Shown: piece after piece, positions 26,735 through 38,406 of the stretch
How positions within the stretch are numbered: the stretch's first letter is position 1
Layout of the letters: every line of letters starts with the position of its first letter
Origin: Escherichia coli
Lineage (GTDB): Bacteria > Pseudomonadota > Gammaproteobacteria > Enterobacterales > Enterobacteriaceae
Length of the DNA: 64,000 nt
Assembly (NCBI RefSeq): GCF_003991155.1
Contig: NZ_CP031293.1
Strand: one strand, 5' to 3'
Position numbers and translations under genes: made by a program
The notes under the pieces: generated by a model
The model's input: only the letters and a program-made list of their open reading frames with translations
Database searches by the model: none
Told to the model about the DNA's origin: nothing

Positions 26735-27312
26735 GCCTGATGCGACGCTAACGCGTCTTATCAGACCTACAAGATCCGAGCACAGAACCGTAGGACGGAT
26801 AAGGCGTTCACGCCGCATCCGGCATTCAGTGCCTGATGCGACGCTGACGCGTCTTATCAGGCCTACAAGACCCGAGCACAGAGCCGTAGGACGGATAAGG
26901 CGTTTTACGCCGCATCCGGCATTCAGTGCCTGATGCGACGCTGACGCGTCTTATCAGGCCTACAAGATCCGAGCACAGAACCGTAGGCCGGATAAGGCGT
27001 TTTACGCCGCATCCGGCATTCAGTGCCTGATGCGACGCTGGCGCGTCTTATCAGGCCTACAAGACCCGAGCACAGCCCCCCAGGACGGATAAGGCGTTTT
27101 ACGCCGCATCCGGCATTCAGTGCCTGATGCGACGCTGACGCGTCTTATCAAGCCTACAAGATCCGAGCACAGAACCGTAGGCCGGATAAGGCGTTTTACG
27201 CCGCATCCGGCATTCAGTGCCTGATGCGACGCTGGCGCGTCTTATCAGGCCTACAAGACCCGAGCACAGCCCCCCAGGACGGATAAGGCGTTTTACGCCG
27301 CATCCGGCAACC
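26735..27312. repeat. Tandem array of about six REP/BIME-like palindromic units (~100 bp each)
   Basis: Repeated gcctgatgcgacgctgacgcgtcttatcaggcctacaag...ccgtaggacggataaggcgtt[tc]acgccgcatccggcattcagt with small variations, between wcaK and wzxC. Confidence 0.9.
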
Positions 27313-27336
27313 GTTGCCGGAACCGAAAACAGCCAT

Positions 27337-28815
27337 TCACCCCGCCCGTAAAAGCATTTTCATTTTTTCGCTGCGACAAAACTGACGCTTCACTTCCACT
27401 ACCAGCGGATGGCGTGACAGCACAATCATCACCACAAACGCCAGCACGCCCGCGGCTATTTGCACCGCCAGCAGCATGCCCAGAGCCATTTGCCCTTTCA
27501 GTACAATGCCCAGCGCATAACTGACCACCAGCGTCGGCAGCGAGAGATAAAACGGCAGCCATAAACTGAGGATGTACTGGCGATAACTGGAACCAAGAAC
27601 CGGTTTAATCATCACGAAGTAACTCAGAATGGTGTTGATAATCTGCACCAGCAGGAAACCGAGCGTGACGCCGATTGCGCCCGCCATCTGCCCACCAATA
27701 ACAATCGCCGGAATAAACAGAAAGGTTTTGAATACGTTGAATTTAAAGCTGATATCGACCCGCGCTTTCGCCATCAGCAGCGAACCAATCGGGTTCCCTA
27801 CTGAGCGCAGCAGCCCCACCACACACAGCAATTGCAGCACCGGAATAATGCTGCTCCACTTCTCACCAAAGACCAGCGGTACAAAGTTATTCGACACCAC
27901 CATCAGCCCCAGCAGCGCCGGAAAGTTGATAATCCCCACCACCGACAGCAGCTTGTAGAAGTTGATGCGCAGCTTTTCGGTGTCGTCCTGAATTTTGGCA
28001 AATGCCGGAAACAACACGCGGGTGATGATCGGATTCAGCTTCATCGGCGGCACAACGGCCACGTTGTACGCCAGGTTGTATCCCCCTGCCACGCCCGCAC
28101 CGAGAATACGCGCCAGCACCAGCGTTGAAAGGTTGGTGTTGAGATAGTTGATGATGCTGTCCGCCGTCAGCCAGGCACCAAAGCGTAAGTTCGGTGCCAC
28201 CGACGCCAGCGAGAAGTGCAGACCGGGGCGATAAATTTTGCGGCCAAAGTAGCCAAACAGCAGCGTTCTTACCGCACTATTGACCAGATAACCGAGGATC
28301 GCGGTCATCGCCAGTGGCCAGAAATGGGCGCTAACCACCGTAAAAGTGAAGCCCGCCAGCACCGCGCTGGTTTCGATCATGCCGATTTTGTTGAACTCCA
28401 GCTCTTTTTGCATCAACGCGCGGAACTGCTGCCCGTGGGGGATCACCACAAACGCCAGCGACAATGTTTTAATCAACGGTGCCAGGTCTGGGTTGTTCAG
28501 CACGTCACCAATGAGATCACTCAACAAAAACACCGCCACGCACACCACAAGCCCCAGCCCGACGTTCAGCCAGTACAACGTGGTAAGTTCCAGGTGACTG
28601 ATTTCTTTTCGCTGAATAATCGAGTTAGCGATACCGAAGTCAGAAAGCGTATCTGCCAGCGCGATGATCACCAGCGACACGGTAAGCAAACCGAACTGGT
28701 GGTTGTCGATAATCCGCGCCAGCACGGTCATCTGCACCAGCCCGAGGCCGATGATGATCACCGTGGCAATCGCCGACCACTTCGCGCCGCTGATGGTTTT
28801 TTCACGTAAGCTCAT
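27337..28815 (-). CDS. wzxC: Colanic acid repeat-unit flippase
   Basis: 492-aa polytopic membrane ORF in conserved position. Confidence 0.9.
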   Translation of the reverse strand: MSLREKTISGAKWSAIATVIIIGLGLVQMTVLARIIDNHQFGLLTVSLVIIALADTLSDFGIANSIIQRKEISHLELTTLYWLNVGLGLVVCVAVFLLSDLIGDVLNNPDLAPLIKTLSLAFVVIPHGQQFRALMQKELEFNKIGMIETSAVLAGFTFTVVSAHFWPLAMTAILGYLVNSAVRTLLFGYFGRKIYRPGLHFSLASVAPNLRFGAWLTADSIINYLNTNLSTLVLARILGAGVAGGYNLAYNVAVVPPMKLNPIITRVLFPAFAKIQDDTEKLRINFYKLLSVVGIINFPALLGLMVVSNNFVPLVFGEKWSSIIPVLQLLCVVGLLRSVGNPIGSLLMAKARVDISFKFNVFKTFLFIPAIVIGGQMAGAIGVTLGFLLVQIINTILSYFVMIKPVLGSSYRQYILSLWLPFYLSLPTLVVSYALGIVLKGQMALGMLLAVQIAAGVLAFVVMIVLSRHPLVVEVKRQFCRSEKMKMLLRAG

Positions 28816-28816
28816 A

Positions 28817-30211
28817 TCAATATGCCGCTTTGTTAACGAAGCCCTTGAATACCGTCAGGAAAACGATTTTGATATCGAACCAGACGCTCCATTCGCGGAT
28901 GTACTCAAGGTCGAACTCGACGCGTTTTTCCATTTTCTCCAGCGTGTCGGTTTCGCCGCGCCAGCCGTTAATCTGCGCCCAACCGGTAATGCCCGGTTTC
29001 ACTTTATGGCGCAGCATGTAGCCTTCAATGAGCTGGCGATACTGTTCGTTATGCGCCACCGCGTGCGGACGTGGACCGACAATCGACATCCCCCCGGTCA
29101 GCACATTGATAAACTGCGGCAATTCATCCAGCGAGGTGCGGCGCAGAAAGTTCCCCACTTTGGTGACGCGCGGATCGTTCTGCGTCGCCTGGGTCACCAC
29201 TTTGTCGTTCTCCATCACTTTCATGGAACGGAACTTCCACACTTTGATCGGCTTGCCATCCATGCCGTAGCGAGTCTGGCGAAAAATAACCGGCCCTGGT
29301 GAACTGAGTTTTACCGCCAGCGCAATACAGCACAGCACCGGGGAGATCAGCAGCAGAATAAGCGTTGCCAGCACAATATCTTCCGCACGTTTGAGCAGGC
29401 GGTTTACCCCGGAAAGTGGCGTGTCATACAGCGGCACCACCGGAACGCCGTTCATCTCTTCGAGACGTGAATGGAGAATGTTGAAGGTAAAGACATCGGG
29501 GATCAGCAGCACCGAACAGGTGGTGTCCGCCAGTTGATGGACCAGTTTTTTTACTCGTGCGCCGTCGCACATCTGCATCGCGATATAGACGTTATGAATC
29601 TTGCCCGCTTTCGCATCCTCGACCAGCTGTTGCAGATTGCCCGCCCAGTCGTTAGAAACGCCGCCCGGTTTTGGGTCGTGGTAAACGCCCACCACTTCAA
29701 ACCCTAACCACGGCTGATTACGGAAGCTCTCAAGCAGCATTTGTCCGGCGGCTAAATCCCCCGCCACCGCGACCATGCGCTTGTTATAGCCATGATTACG
29801 CAGCCAGCCCGCCCCAATGCGAATACATGAACGGCAAACCACCAGTCCGATACTGGTCAGCCCATACCACGCCAGCCAGATTTTCAGTTGCGTGTCGAAA
29901 TCATTGTTGAACGCCACCAGTCCAGCGCTGAAAATCACGCTTAAGGTCCAGTTTTGTAGCAACAGGGCAAATTCTGTCGCTGCCCGAACACCGCGCCATG
30001 AGCGATAAAAATCGGTGATGCCGCCCAGCATCTGGAACACCACCAGCGTAATCAGTGCCACCAACAGGTGCATGTAGAGGAATGACAGTCCGCTGACTTC
30101 GCAAACCAGCCATAGTCCGGCAAACATGATGGTGATATCTGAAAAGCGTTGCACCATAGAGATTAACGATGCATTGGTTTTCGCTCGCTCGCGCTTTTTT
30201 AGATTTGTCAT
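28817..30211 (-). CDS. wcaJ: Undecaprenyl-phosphate glucose-1-phosphate transferase (colanic acid initiating transferase)
   Basis: 464-aa ORF with N-terminal TM segments and C-terminal sugar-transferase domain (PGITGWAQ). Confidence 0.9.
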   Translation of the reverse strand: MTNLKKRERAKTNASLISMVQRFSDITIMFAGLWLVCEVSGLSFLYMHLLVALITLVVFQMLGGITDFYRSWRGVRAATEFALLLQNWTLSVIFSAGLVAFNNDFDTQLKIWLAWYGLTSIGLVVCRSCIRIGAGWLRNHGYNKRMVAVAGDLAAGQMLLESFRNQPWLGFEVVGVYHDPKPGGVSNDWAGNLQQLVEDAKAGKIHNVYIAMQMCDGARVKKLVHQLADTTCSVLLIPDVFTFNILHSRLEEMNGVPVVPLYDTPLSGVNRLLKRAEDIVLATLILLLISPVLCCIALAVKLSSPGPVIFRQTRYGMDGKPIKVWKFRSMKVMENDKVVTQATQNDPRVTKVGNFLRRTSLDELPQFINVLTGGMSIVGPRPHAVAHNEQYRQLIEGYMLRHKVKPGITGWAQINGWRGETDTLEKMEKRVEFDLEYIREWSVWFDIKIVFLTVFKGFVNKAAY

Positions 30212-30265
30212 CGTTGTTCCTGTTATTAGCCCCTTACCCGCAGTGTGGTAAGGGAAGATCCGACA

Positions 30266-31636
30266 TTACTCGTTCAGCAACGTCAGCAGAGTTCGCGTTC
30301 GCGCTTCCATCAGCGGCACATCACCGCGCGATTCCACATTCAACCGCACCACCGGTTCGGTGTTGGAGGAGCGCAGGTTAAAGCGCCAGTCGGCAAAGGT
30401 CATGCTGATGCCATCGGTGCGATCCACCGCCAGCGCCTCACGGCTAAAATGCTGTTCCACGCGGTTAATCGCCTCAACGGGTTGCGCCAGTTTGCTGTTG
30501 ATCTCACCGCTTGCCGGAAACGCGGCCATCCGGTCGCGCACCAGTTCGCCCAGCGTTTTTCCTTTCAGGCACACCAGTTCGGCGACCAGCAGCCACGGGA
30601 TCATGCCGCTGTCGCAGTAAGCGAAATCACGGAAATAGTGGTGGGCGCTCATTTCGCCACCGTAGATGGCGTCTTCCTTGCGCATCCGTTCTTTAATAAA
30701 GGCGTGTCCGGTTTTCGACATTACCGGCGTACCGCCTGCGGCAGTCACCACATCAACGGTGTTCCAGGAGAGACGTGGATCGTGGATGATCTTCGCGCCG
30801 GGATTTTTTTCGAGGAACGCTTCTGCCAGCAAACCGACAATGTAGTAACCCTCGATAAACTGCCCTTTTTCGTCAAACAGGAAACAGCGGTCAAAATCGC
30901 CATCAAAGGCAATGCCCATATCCGCGCCGTGTTTGATGACCGCATTGCGGGTGTCGTCGCGACATTCTGGCAGCAGCGGGTTAGGAATACCGTTGGGGAA
31001 ATTGCCGTCCGGCGTGTTGTGCACTTTGATCAATTCCACAGGTGCGCCGAGGGCGTTAAAGCGGGCTTCGATGGCGTCCACCACCGGACCCGCCGCTCCG
31101 TTCCCGGAGTTAATCACCAGCTTGAGCGGCGTGAGGTTTTTGACGTTGATATAACCGAACAGGTGATCAACGTAAGCGTCACGCAGATTGATTTGCTGAT
31201 AGCGACCGCGTTTGGTTTCATCGACGGGAGGGAAGTCGTTGGCTTCTGCCAGACGCTGGACATCGCGCAGTCCGGTATCACCGCTGATCGGGCGGGCCCC
31301 CTCGCGCACCAGCTTCATGCCGTTATAATCCATCGGGTTATGGCTGGCAGTAACTTCAATGCCACCATCCACACCAAGATGGAACGTGGCGAAATAGATC
31401 TCTTCGGTGCCGGACATACCAATATCCAGCACGTCGACGCCCGCATCCTGTAAACCTTTCGCCAGCGCCAGTTTTAAGGTTTCGCTGGTGAGGCGGACAT
31501 CACCGCCTAACACAATGGTTTTCGGTTTGAGAAATTCGCCATAAGCGCGACCAATGCGCCAGGCAATATCCTCATTCAGTTCTTCGCCTAATTTCCCGCG
31601 AATATCATAGGCTTTAAAGCAGGTTAATTTTTTCAT
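30266..31636 (-). CDS. cpsG: Phosphomannomutase (colanic acid locus copy)
   Basis: 456 aa from MKKLTCF (ORF track extends 16 codons further upstream); near-identical to manB at 7545..8915. Confidence 0.9.
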   Translation of the reverse strand: MKKLTCFKAYDIRGKLGEELNEDIAWRIGRAYGEFLKPKTIVLGGDVRLTSETLKLALAKGLQDAGVDVLDIGMSGTEEIYFATFHLGVDGGIEVTASHNPMDYNGMKLVREGARPISGDTGLRDVQRLAEANDFPPVDETKRGRYQQINLRDAYVDHLFGYINVKNLTPLKLVINSGNGAAGPVVDAIEARFNALGAPVELIKVHNTPDGNFPNGIPNPLLPECRDDTRNAVIKHGADMGIAFDGDFDRCFLFDEKGQFIEGYYIVGLLAEAFLEKNPGAKIIHDPRLSWNTVDVVTAAGGTPVMSKTGHAFIKERMRKEDAIYGGEMSAHHYFRDFAYCDSGMIPWLLVAELVCLKGKTLGELVRDRMAAFPASGEINSKLAQPVEAINRVEQHFSREALAVDRTDGISMTFADWRFNLRSSNTEPVVRLNVESRGDVPLMEARTRTLLTLLNE

Positions 31637-31726
31637 ATCGTTACCCTTTTTCAGGCAATAGTTGGCCCTGACCGAAACGGCCAATTTTGTTTTTGTCGTT
31701 ATTTACATCGCGGTTTCGCATTCATT

Positions 31727-31828
<102 letters not shown>

Positions 31829-31830
<2 letters not shown>

Positions 31831-33265
31831 ACACCCGTCCGTAGCGATCCGCGAAGCGCACCACATCATCCTCTTCGAGATAAGAGCCGGAGCGCACTTC
31901 AATTAAATCGAGCGGAATTTTCCCCGGGTTTTCCAGGCAGTGCGTCGCCCCCAGCGGAATATAAATGGACTCGTTTTCACCAAGCAGCTTGATATCACCG
32001 TCGATGGTGACTTTTGCCGTTCCTGCGACCACTACCCAGTGTTCCGCGCGGTGATGGTGCATCTGTACCGACAAACCTTCGCCCGGTTTCACGGTGATGC
32101 GTTTCACCTGATAGCGGTCGCCCGCGTCGATAGAGTCATATTTGCCCCACGGACGATACACTTCGCGATGCACCCGATGCTCATGGCGACCATCAGCTTT
32201 GATCTGCTCGACCACTTTTTTCACATCCTGCACCGCATTACGGTCGGCAATCAGCACCGCATCTTTGGTCTGCACTACCACCAAATCTTTCACCCCGACG
32301 GTGGTGACCAGGCCAGATTCGGCATACACATAGCTGTTTTCAGTTTTGTGATTAATCACATCGCCATGGCAAACGTTGCCCTCGGCGGTGTGGGCGCTGA
32401 TCTCCCATAAAGAGGACCAGGAGCCGACATCGCTCCAGCCTGCATCCATCGGCACCACAACGGCATCTGCCGTGCGTTCCATGACCGCGTAATCCACCGA
32501 CTCTTCCGGGCAGGCCAGAAACGCTTCTTCATCCACACGAATAAAATCGAGATCCGGATCGACGGCGCTCATCGCTTTTTCGCAGGCATCGAGAATATCC
32601 GGGCGATATTTTTTCAGTTCTTCGAGATAGCGTCCGGCACGGAACAGGAACATACCGCTGTTCCAGTAATATTCGCCACTTGCCACATAGGCCTGGGCGG
32701 TTTCCAGATTCGGTTTTTCGACAAACTGCGCCACTTCAAAGGCCACCGCATCCTGCTCACCCGCCGACACTTCACCGCGACGAATATAGCCATATCCGGT
32801 TTCAGGTAGATCCGGCACAATGCCGAAGGTCACCAGCTTGCCCGCTTCGGCATACGGCATGGCATTACGCACGGCGGCACGGAACGCGTCTTCATCGGCA
32901 ATCACATGATCCGCCGCCAGCACCAGCATTAATGGGTCGTTCTCCGGGCTATGACGTTTTGCCGCCAGCGCCGCCAGCGCAATGGCCGGTGCAGTGTTAC
33001 GCCCTGCCGGTTCGAGAATAATGTTCTCGGTGAGTTTGTTCAGTTGACGCAGCTGTTCCGCGACAATAAAGCGGTGCTGCTCATTGCAAATCACCACCGG
33101 GCTTTCGCACTCCACGCCGTTCAGGCGGCAGATGGTGGTTTGCAGCATGGTGAGATCGCCTTTCAGGCATAAAAACTGCTTGGGGTAAAGTACGCGGGAA
33201 AGCGGCCATAAGCGGCTACCGGAGCCACCTGCCATCACAACTGGATAGAGTTTCGACTGCGCCAT
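31829..33265 (-). CDS. cpsB: Mannose-1-phosphate guanylyltransferase (colanic acid locus copy)
   Basis: 478-aa [27 protein letters not shown]... Confidence 0.95.
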
Positions 33266-33267
33266 AA

Positions 33268-34491
33268 TTATCCCCGAATATCATTTATAAATTGACGTAA
33301 CACGTTCTCTTTATCGAGCGTGCGTTCGGCATATTCACGTGCCACCGTGTTGTGTTTGGGCAGCAGGAGCGCCTGACGAATCCCCGCCACCAGCGCCTCG
33401 ACCGATTCCGGTTCCACGCAAACCGCAATGCCCGGAAAGGTTTCGCAAAGCTGTCCCAGTTCTGTGTGGGCTTCAGCAGTAATCACCGCGTTACCGCCTA
33501 CCGCCAGAATATTGGTCAGTTTCGACGGCAATACGGCATCTGCCGCGCCGCGTTTTTGCACCACCAGATGGCAATCCCCCATCTTCAGCAGTGCGGGTAA
33601 AGCGTCATATGATTGCAGCGGAAAAAATTGCATGTTGCGCAGTCCACGCTGCTGCGCCATTTTTTCCAGCCGCGCTTTGCCGCCGCCCTGCCCGACAATG
33701 GCAAAAATAAGCGGTTCATCGCGCAGGCGATCGGCAGCTTCAATAACGTTTTCCAGCCCCTGCTTTTCACCAATATTGCCGGAGTAAAGAACGATTTTTT
33801 TGTTATCCGGCAGGGCAAGCTGGTTACGAAGGTCGTCAACATCGGCGTCTGCAACATGTTGAAAACGGGCGATTTCCGACCAGTTGGGGAAGAAGATGAC
33901 GTTTTCCGCCGCCACGCCTTTTTCGATAGCTTTATTCATCATCGAGCGCGAAATCGTGGAGACGTTATCGACGTTATGCAGTCCGCTACGTTCGAACGCC
34001 GTCGCCAGCTGTGCCACTTTGCCGCCTTTACTTTTTCCGGCAAGGCCCAGCCCCAGCATGGCGTCCACTTCGTAATCCTGAATATGCAGCACCGTGCGCG
34101 CACCAGACAGTTTCGCCAGCAGGCGCATTCCCGGCGTGCAAAACAGCGTTGGCACCACGCCGATAATGCGATCCGGCTTCCAGCGACGTTGCGCCATCAG
34201 CGGAAAGAAACTGCTGGCGGCAAAACTGCCGAGATGCAACAGGCGTTTCAGGGTGCTCGGCTGTTTTGGCACGTACAGCGGGCAGCGCCACACCGTGGCG
34301 GCCCCCTCTTCTCGTTTGTACCGCCAGGCGGAATAGTTCTCGCCCACCTGCCATTGCGGGTAGTAAGGCGGTGCGGTAATAACCCGCACCTCATGACCTT
34401 GTGCCGCCAGCCATTCCACCATCTCGCCGGTGTACTTGCCGATGCCGGTTAACTCCGGCGAGTAGTTAATGCCGTAGACCAGTATTTTCAT
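33268..34491 (-). CDS. wcaI: Colanic acid glycosyltransferase WcaI
   Basis: 407-aa GT4-type ORF. Confidence 0.9.
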   Translation of the reverse strand: MKILVYGINYSPELTGIGKYTGEMVEWLAAQGHEVRVITAPPYYPQWQVGENYSAWRYKREEGAATVWRCPLYVPKQPSTLKRLLHLGSFAASSFFPLMAQRRWKPDRIIGVVPTLFCTPGMRLLAKLSGARTVLHIQDYEVDAMLGLGLAGKSKGGKVAQLATAFERSGLHNVDNVSTISRSMMNKAIEKGVAAENVIFFPNWSEIARFQHVADADVDDLRNQLALPDNKKIVLYSGNIGEKQGLENVIEAADRLRDEPLIFAIVGQGGGKARLEKMAQQRGLRNMQFFPLQSYDALPALLKMGDCHLVVQKRGAADAVLPSKLTNILAVGGNAVITAEAHTELGQLCETFPGIAVCVEPESVEALVAGIRQALLLPKHNTVAREYAERTLDKENVLRQFINDIRG

Positions 34492-34970
34492 AATCCGGGT
34501 ACTCCGGCACGCTTCTCAGCGAGAAAATAGGCGCGGCTGTTAGCGTGAACATTGTCACTGGCGAGCAACGCGTCCGGCGTCAGCCAGCGGTAATCGTCAT
34601 GCTGCTCATCCGGCAGTAACAGATCTTCTTCAGCGACTCTGAAGCGAAAACCGAGCACCACATAGTGAGTGGTGAAATCCGTGTCGGAGAAGTTATCGTC
34701 ATAAAAGTGCTGCCAGACACCGTAAAACTGGCCTACTGTTATCGGCAGACGCAGCCCCAGTTCCTCCATCGTCAGCCGCTCAAATGCGGCTTCCAGCGTT
34801 TCGTCTTTCTGCACGCGCCCTCCCGGCACAAACCAGTAACCCTGCGCCGGGCGGTTGGTTCTTTTGCCAAGCAGAAACTCGCCGCGACTGTTCTCGACAA
34901 TAAAGTCGAGAGAGACAAGCGGAGTAGAGCGCACTACCGTGGCAAAGTCTTCCTGACGTAAAAACATCAT
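34488..34970 (-). CDS. gmm: GDP-mannose mannosyl hydrolase (Nudix), colanic acid locus
   Basis: 160-aa ORF with Nudix-like features; overlaps wcaI start and fcl stop. Confidence 0.9.
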   Translation of the reverse strand: MMFLRQEDFATVVRSTPLVSLDFIVENSRGEFLLGKRTNRPAQGYWFVPGGRVQKDETLEAAFERLTMEELGLRLPITVGQFYGVWQHFYDDNFSDTDFTTHYVVLGFRFRVAEEDLLLPDEQHDDYRWLTPDALLASDNVHANSRAYFLAEKRAGVPGL

Positions 34971-35935
34971 TACCCCCGAAAGCGGTCTTGATTCTCAAGG
35001 AACCACTGGTAAGTGCTGGCGAGCCCCGCTTCCAGTGAGATTTCGTGATACCAGCCAAGCTGATGCAGGCGTGTCACATCCAGCAGTTTGCGCGGTGTAC
35101 CATCCGGTTTACTGGCATCAAAAACCACCCGACCTTTGTAACCCACCACTTTGGCGATGGTTTGCGCCAGCTCGCGGATAGTGCAGTCAACGCCCGTGCC
35201 GACGTTAATGTGCGACAGCATCGGTTGGGTGTTCTCCAGCCAGACTTCGTGCGCCAGCTCCATCACATGAATGCTCGCCGCCGCCATATCATCGACGTGC
35301 AGAAATTCGCGCATCGGTGTACCGCTGCCCCACACCACCACGTCCGGTGCATTCTGTGCCGTCGCCTCGTGGAAGCGACGCAGCAATGCAGGGATCACAT
35401 GCGAATTACTCGGGTGGAAGTTGTCATGCGGGCCATACAGGTTGGTCGGCATGACCGAGCGATAATCGCGTCCATACTGGCGGTTGTAAGATTCGCACAG
35501 TTTGATCCCGGCGATTTTGGCAATAGCATAAGGCTCGTTAGTCGGCTCCAGCGTACCCTGCAATAACTCGCTTTCTGCCATCGGCTGTTTTGCCAGTTTC
35601 GGGTAGATACAGGACGATCCGAGAAACAGCAGTTTGTTCACGTCGTTCTGATGCGCGGCGTGAATGATGTTGCTCTCAATCATCATGTTCTGGTAGATGA
35701 AATCTGCCGGATAGGTGTTGTTGGCAACAATGCCGCCCACTTTCGCCGCCGCCAGATAGACCTGGTCAATACGTTCGCTGGCAAAGAAATCATGCACCGC
35801 GCGGCTGTCCAGCAGGTTCAGCTCGTCGCGGGTGCGTAATACCAGTTCCACATCACCGCGCTGTTCGAGCTGCCGCCTGATGGCGGAACCGACCATCCCG
35901 CGATGGCCAGCGATAAAAATGCGTTGTTTACTCAT
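34970..35935 (-). CDS. fcl: GDP-L-fucose synthase, colanic acid locus
   Basis: 321-aa [22 protein letters not shown]... Confidence 0.95.
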   Translation of the reverse strand: MSKQRIFIAGHRGMVGSAIRRQLEQRGDVELVLRTRDELNLLDSRAVHDFFASERIDQVYLAAAKVGGIVANNTYPADFIYQNMMIESNIIHAAHQNDVNKLLFLGSSCIYPKLAKQPMAESELLQGTLEPTNEPYAIAKIAGIKLCESYNRQYGRDYRSVMPTNLYGPHDNFHPSNSHVIPALLRRFHEATAQNAPDVVVWGSGTPMREFLHVDDMAAASIHVMELAHEVWLENTQPMLSHINVGTGVDCTIRELAQTIAKVVGYKGRVVFDASKPDGTPRKLLDVTRLHQLGWYHEISLEAGLASTYQWFLENQDRFRG

Positions 35936-35937
35936 GC

Positions 35938-37059
35938 TTATGACTCCAGCGCGATCGCCACGTCGTAGCCGTGAGATTTCAGCAGAGAGTGTTTTTTCGC
36001 CGCTTCAAGGTCATTAGCCACCATTTCAGACACCATCTCTCTGAGGGTGATTTCCGGTTTCCAGCCCAGTTTTTCGTGCGCTTTGGTCGGGTCGCCGAGC
36101 AGCGTTTCAACTTCAGCCGGACGGAAGTAACGCGGATCAACGGCGATAATCACATCACCCGGTTTAACGCCCGGCGCGTCATGCCCGGTGACGGAAACCA
36201 CAATGCCCTTCTCTTCAACGCCCGTACCTTCAAAGCGCAGTTTGATGCCCAGTTGTGCTGCCGCCATTTCCACGAACTGACGCACGGAGTACTGAACGCC
36301 GGTGGCAATAACGAAATCTTCCGGTTGTTCCTGTTGCAGCATCATCCACTGCATTTTTACGTAGTCTTTGGCATGGCCCCAGTCACGCAGGGAATCCATA
36401 TTGCCGAGGTACAGGCACGATTCCAGCCCCTGGGCGATGTTGGCGATTGCGCGGGTGATTTTGCGGGTAACGAAGGTTTCGCCGCGGCGCGGGGATTCAT
36501 GGTTGAAGAGAATACCGTTACAGGCGTACATGCCGTAGGATTCGCGGTAGTTAACGGTGATCCAGTAGGCGTACAGTTTGGCGACCGCATACGGAGAGCG
36601 TGGATAGAACGGCGTGGTTTCTTTCTGCGGAATTTCCTGCACCAGACCATACAGTTCAGAGGTGGAAGCCTGATAGAAACGGGTTTTCTTTTCCAGACCG
36701 AGGAAGCGGATCGCCTCCAGCAGACGCAGCGTACCCATCGCGTCGACGTCAGCGGTATATTCCGGTGACTCAAAAGAAACCGCAACGTGGCTCATTGCGC
36801 CCAGGTTGTACACTTCATCCGGCTGCACTTCACGCAAAATGCGCGTCAGGTTGGAGGTATCACTCAGGTCGCCATAATGCAGATGGAATTTCGGGTTGCA
36901 GGTGTGCGGATCCTGATAAATGTGATCCACGCGCTCGGTGTTGAATGACGATGCGCGACGCTTAATACCATGCACCTCGTAACCTTTTTCCAGCAGAAAC
37001 TCTGCCAGGTAAGAACCGTCTTGTCCGGTTACGCCGGTGATGAGAGCGACTTTTGACAT
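35938..37059 (-). CDS. gmd: GDP-mannose 4,6-dehydratase, colanic acid locus
   Basis: 373-aa [26 protein letters not shown]... Confidence 0.95.
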
Positions 37060-37085
37060 GTCTTATTCCTCTGTATTTTTTGAAT

Positions 37086-37634
37086 TTATTCAGTTTCAAC
37101 GCGTTTGCGTATCACCACTGCGGGGTTCCCCCGGCAAACCACATTTGCCGGAAGCGATTTAAAAACACTGCTTCGCGCACCCACGACGGTGCCGTTGCCG
37201 ATCGTGACGCCAGGGGCAACAAAAACATCTGTCGCCAGCCAGCATTTCTCGCCAATCACAATAGGCGTGGCGTTAATGGTGAAATGTTGACTTGCATGGT
37301 CGTGGCTCCCGGTGCATAAATAACTTTTTTGCGATATCACCGAATGTGCGCCAATGGTTATTTCACCGAGGGTATATAAATTGACCTCATCGCCGACCCA
37401 CGCGTAATCACCTAAGGTTAATTTCCACGGATAGGTAATTTTTACTGACGGACGAATAACTACGTTTTTTCCTATTTTTGCGCCGAATAAACGTAATAAA
37501 AATGCCCGCCAGCGATACAATACTTGTGGCGACCAGGCAAATATTGTTGCCTGTACCGCCCACCATAATTGCACTTTAATAGCATTGCTGCCCCGGAACC
37601 CTTTCGGCACCGAGAACCCACTTAAATCCTGCAT
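37086..37634 (-). CDS. wcaF: Colanic acid acetyltransferase WcaF
   Basis: 182-aa ORF with hexapeptide-repeat acyltransferase features. Confidence 0.9.
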   Translation of the reverse strand: MQDLSGFSVPKGFRGSNAIKVQLWWAVQATIFAWSPQVLYRWRAFLLRLFGAKIGKNVVIRPSVKITYPWKLTLGDYAWVGDEVNLYTLGEITIGAHSVISQKSYLCTGSHDHASQHFTINATPIVIGEKCWLATDVFVAPGVTIGNGTVVGARSSVFKSLPANVVCRGNPAVVIRKRVETE

Positions 37635-37649
37635 CGTTTTCCCTTATAT

Positions 37650-38396
37650 TCAGCTTTTGTTATATAAGGCTTTCGTCTTTGAGGTAGTACGCTGGCGTAA
37701 ATGCCAGGATAATTCTGCCCAGAAGCCAGGCACATGTAATATTTGCCGTTGGACTTTTTTGGCATCAGCACACAATTCCATATTATTGGTGGTAGATACC
37801 CCACCCATGGAAAATTCAGACACCAGGCCATTGAGTTTTTTAAATGCATAACCGGCTTTATACATTTTGGCCGCCAGCGCGTAGTCGGAAGAAACTTTAT
37901 ATTCCAGGTCATAACGCCATTTCTTCAAGCCGGACACCGGGAAAAATATCGCCTGATGACTGGCGGGCAGGCTGTGGTAAATATACCAGCCCGGTTTGGC
38001 GCTACGTTTAATTTTATGCCCGTCGCCAAAATCCAGCAGCGCATCGCCGGTGATCATCACGTTATCTTTTTGCACTTTTAACTTACGGACAAAATTTGCG
38101 GCATCCTGATGAAAAATATCGCCCGAGTTGAGAAACAACGCGAACTTGCCTTGTGCCATCGCAATGCCCTTGTTCATGGCGTCGTAGATACCGTTATCTG
38201 GCTCGCTGACAAAGCGTAGGTTATAGATACCCTTGAGATTTTCCAGATACTCACGGGTACCGTCGTTGGAACCGCCATCGACAACAATCCATTCGAAGCT
38301 GATATCGTCCACCTGCGCTAGATGCGCCAGCGAGGCATGTGTTTTGACTATCCCTTCGAGGTTACGAAACGCGACAGTGATTATGCTAAGCAACAT
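37650..38396 (-). CDS. wcaE: Colanic acid family-2 glycosyltransferase WcaE
   Basis: 248-aa ORF with GT2 motifs ([19 protein letters not shown]). Confidence 0.9.
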   Translation of the reverse strand: MLLSIITVAFRNLEGIVKTHASLAHLAQVDDISFEWIVVDGGSNDGTREYLENLKGIYNLRFVSEPDNGIYDAMNKGIAMAQGKFALFLNSGDIFHQDAANFVRKLKVQKDNVMITGDALLDFGDGHKIKRSAKPGWYIYHSLPASHQAIFFPVSGLKKWRYDLEYKVSSDYALAAKMYKAGYAFKKLNGLVSEFSMGGVSTTNNMELCADAKKVQRQILHVPGFWAELSWHLRQRTTSKTKALYNKS

Positions 38397-38406
38397 GTTC
38401 TTATTC

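Noticed and set aside
26733-26933. 66-aa ORF inside the REP array
   Set aside because: Its repetitive translation (IRPTR..., RRIRH...) merely mirrors the tandem DNA repeat; not a gene.
26735-27312. Possibility that the tandem repeats here or at 61660..63260 are CRISPR arrays
   Set aside because: Units are ~100 bp or ~330 bp and repeated in full with no short conserved repeats alternating with unique spacers; no cas genes nearby. They match REP/BIME and sib/ibs architectures instead.
30245-31453. 402-aa + strand ORF antisense to cpsG, and its twin at 7728..8732 antisense to manB
   Set aside because: Both lie entirely inside, and opposite to, strongly supported phosphomannomutase genes; long antisense ORFs are a common artefact of GC-rich, codon-biased coding sequence and the translations have no recognisable domain features.
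33613-34452. 279-aa + strand ORF antisense to wcaI, plus similar antisense ORFs at 25582..26223, 35971..36768 and 43577..44161
   Set aside because: All are embedded opposite conserved colanic acid genes and are rich in Arg/His/Gln codons typical of reverse-frame reading; no independent start signals.
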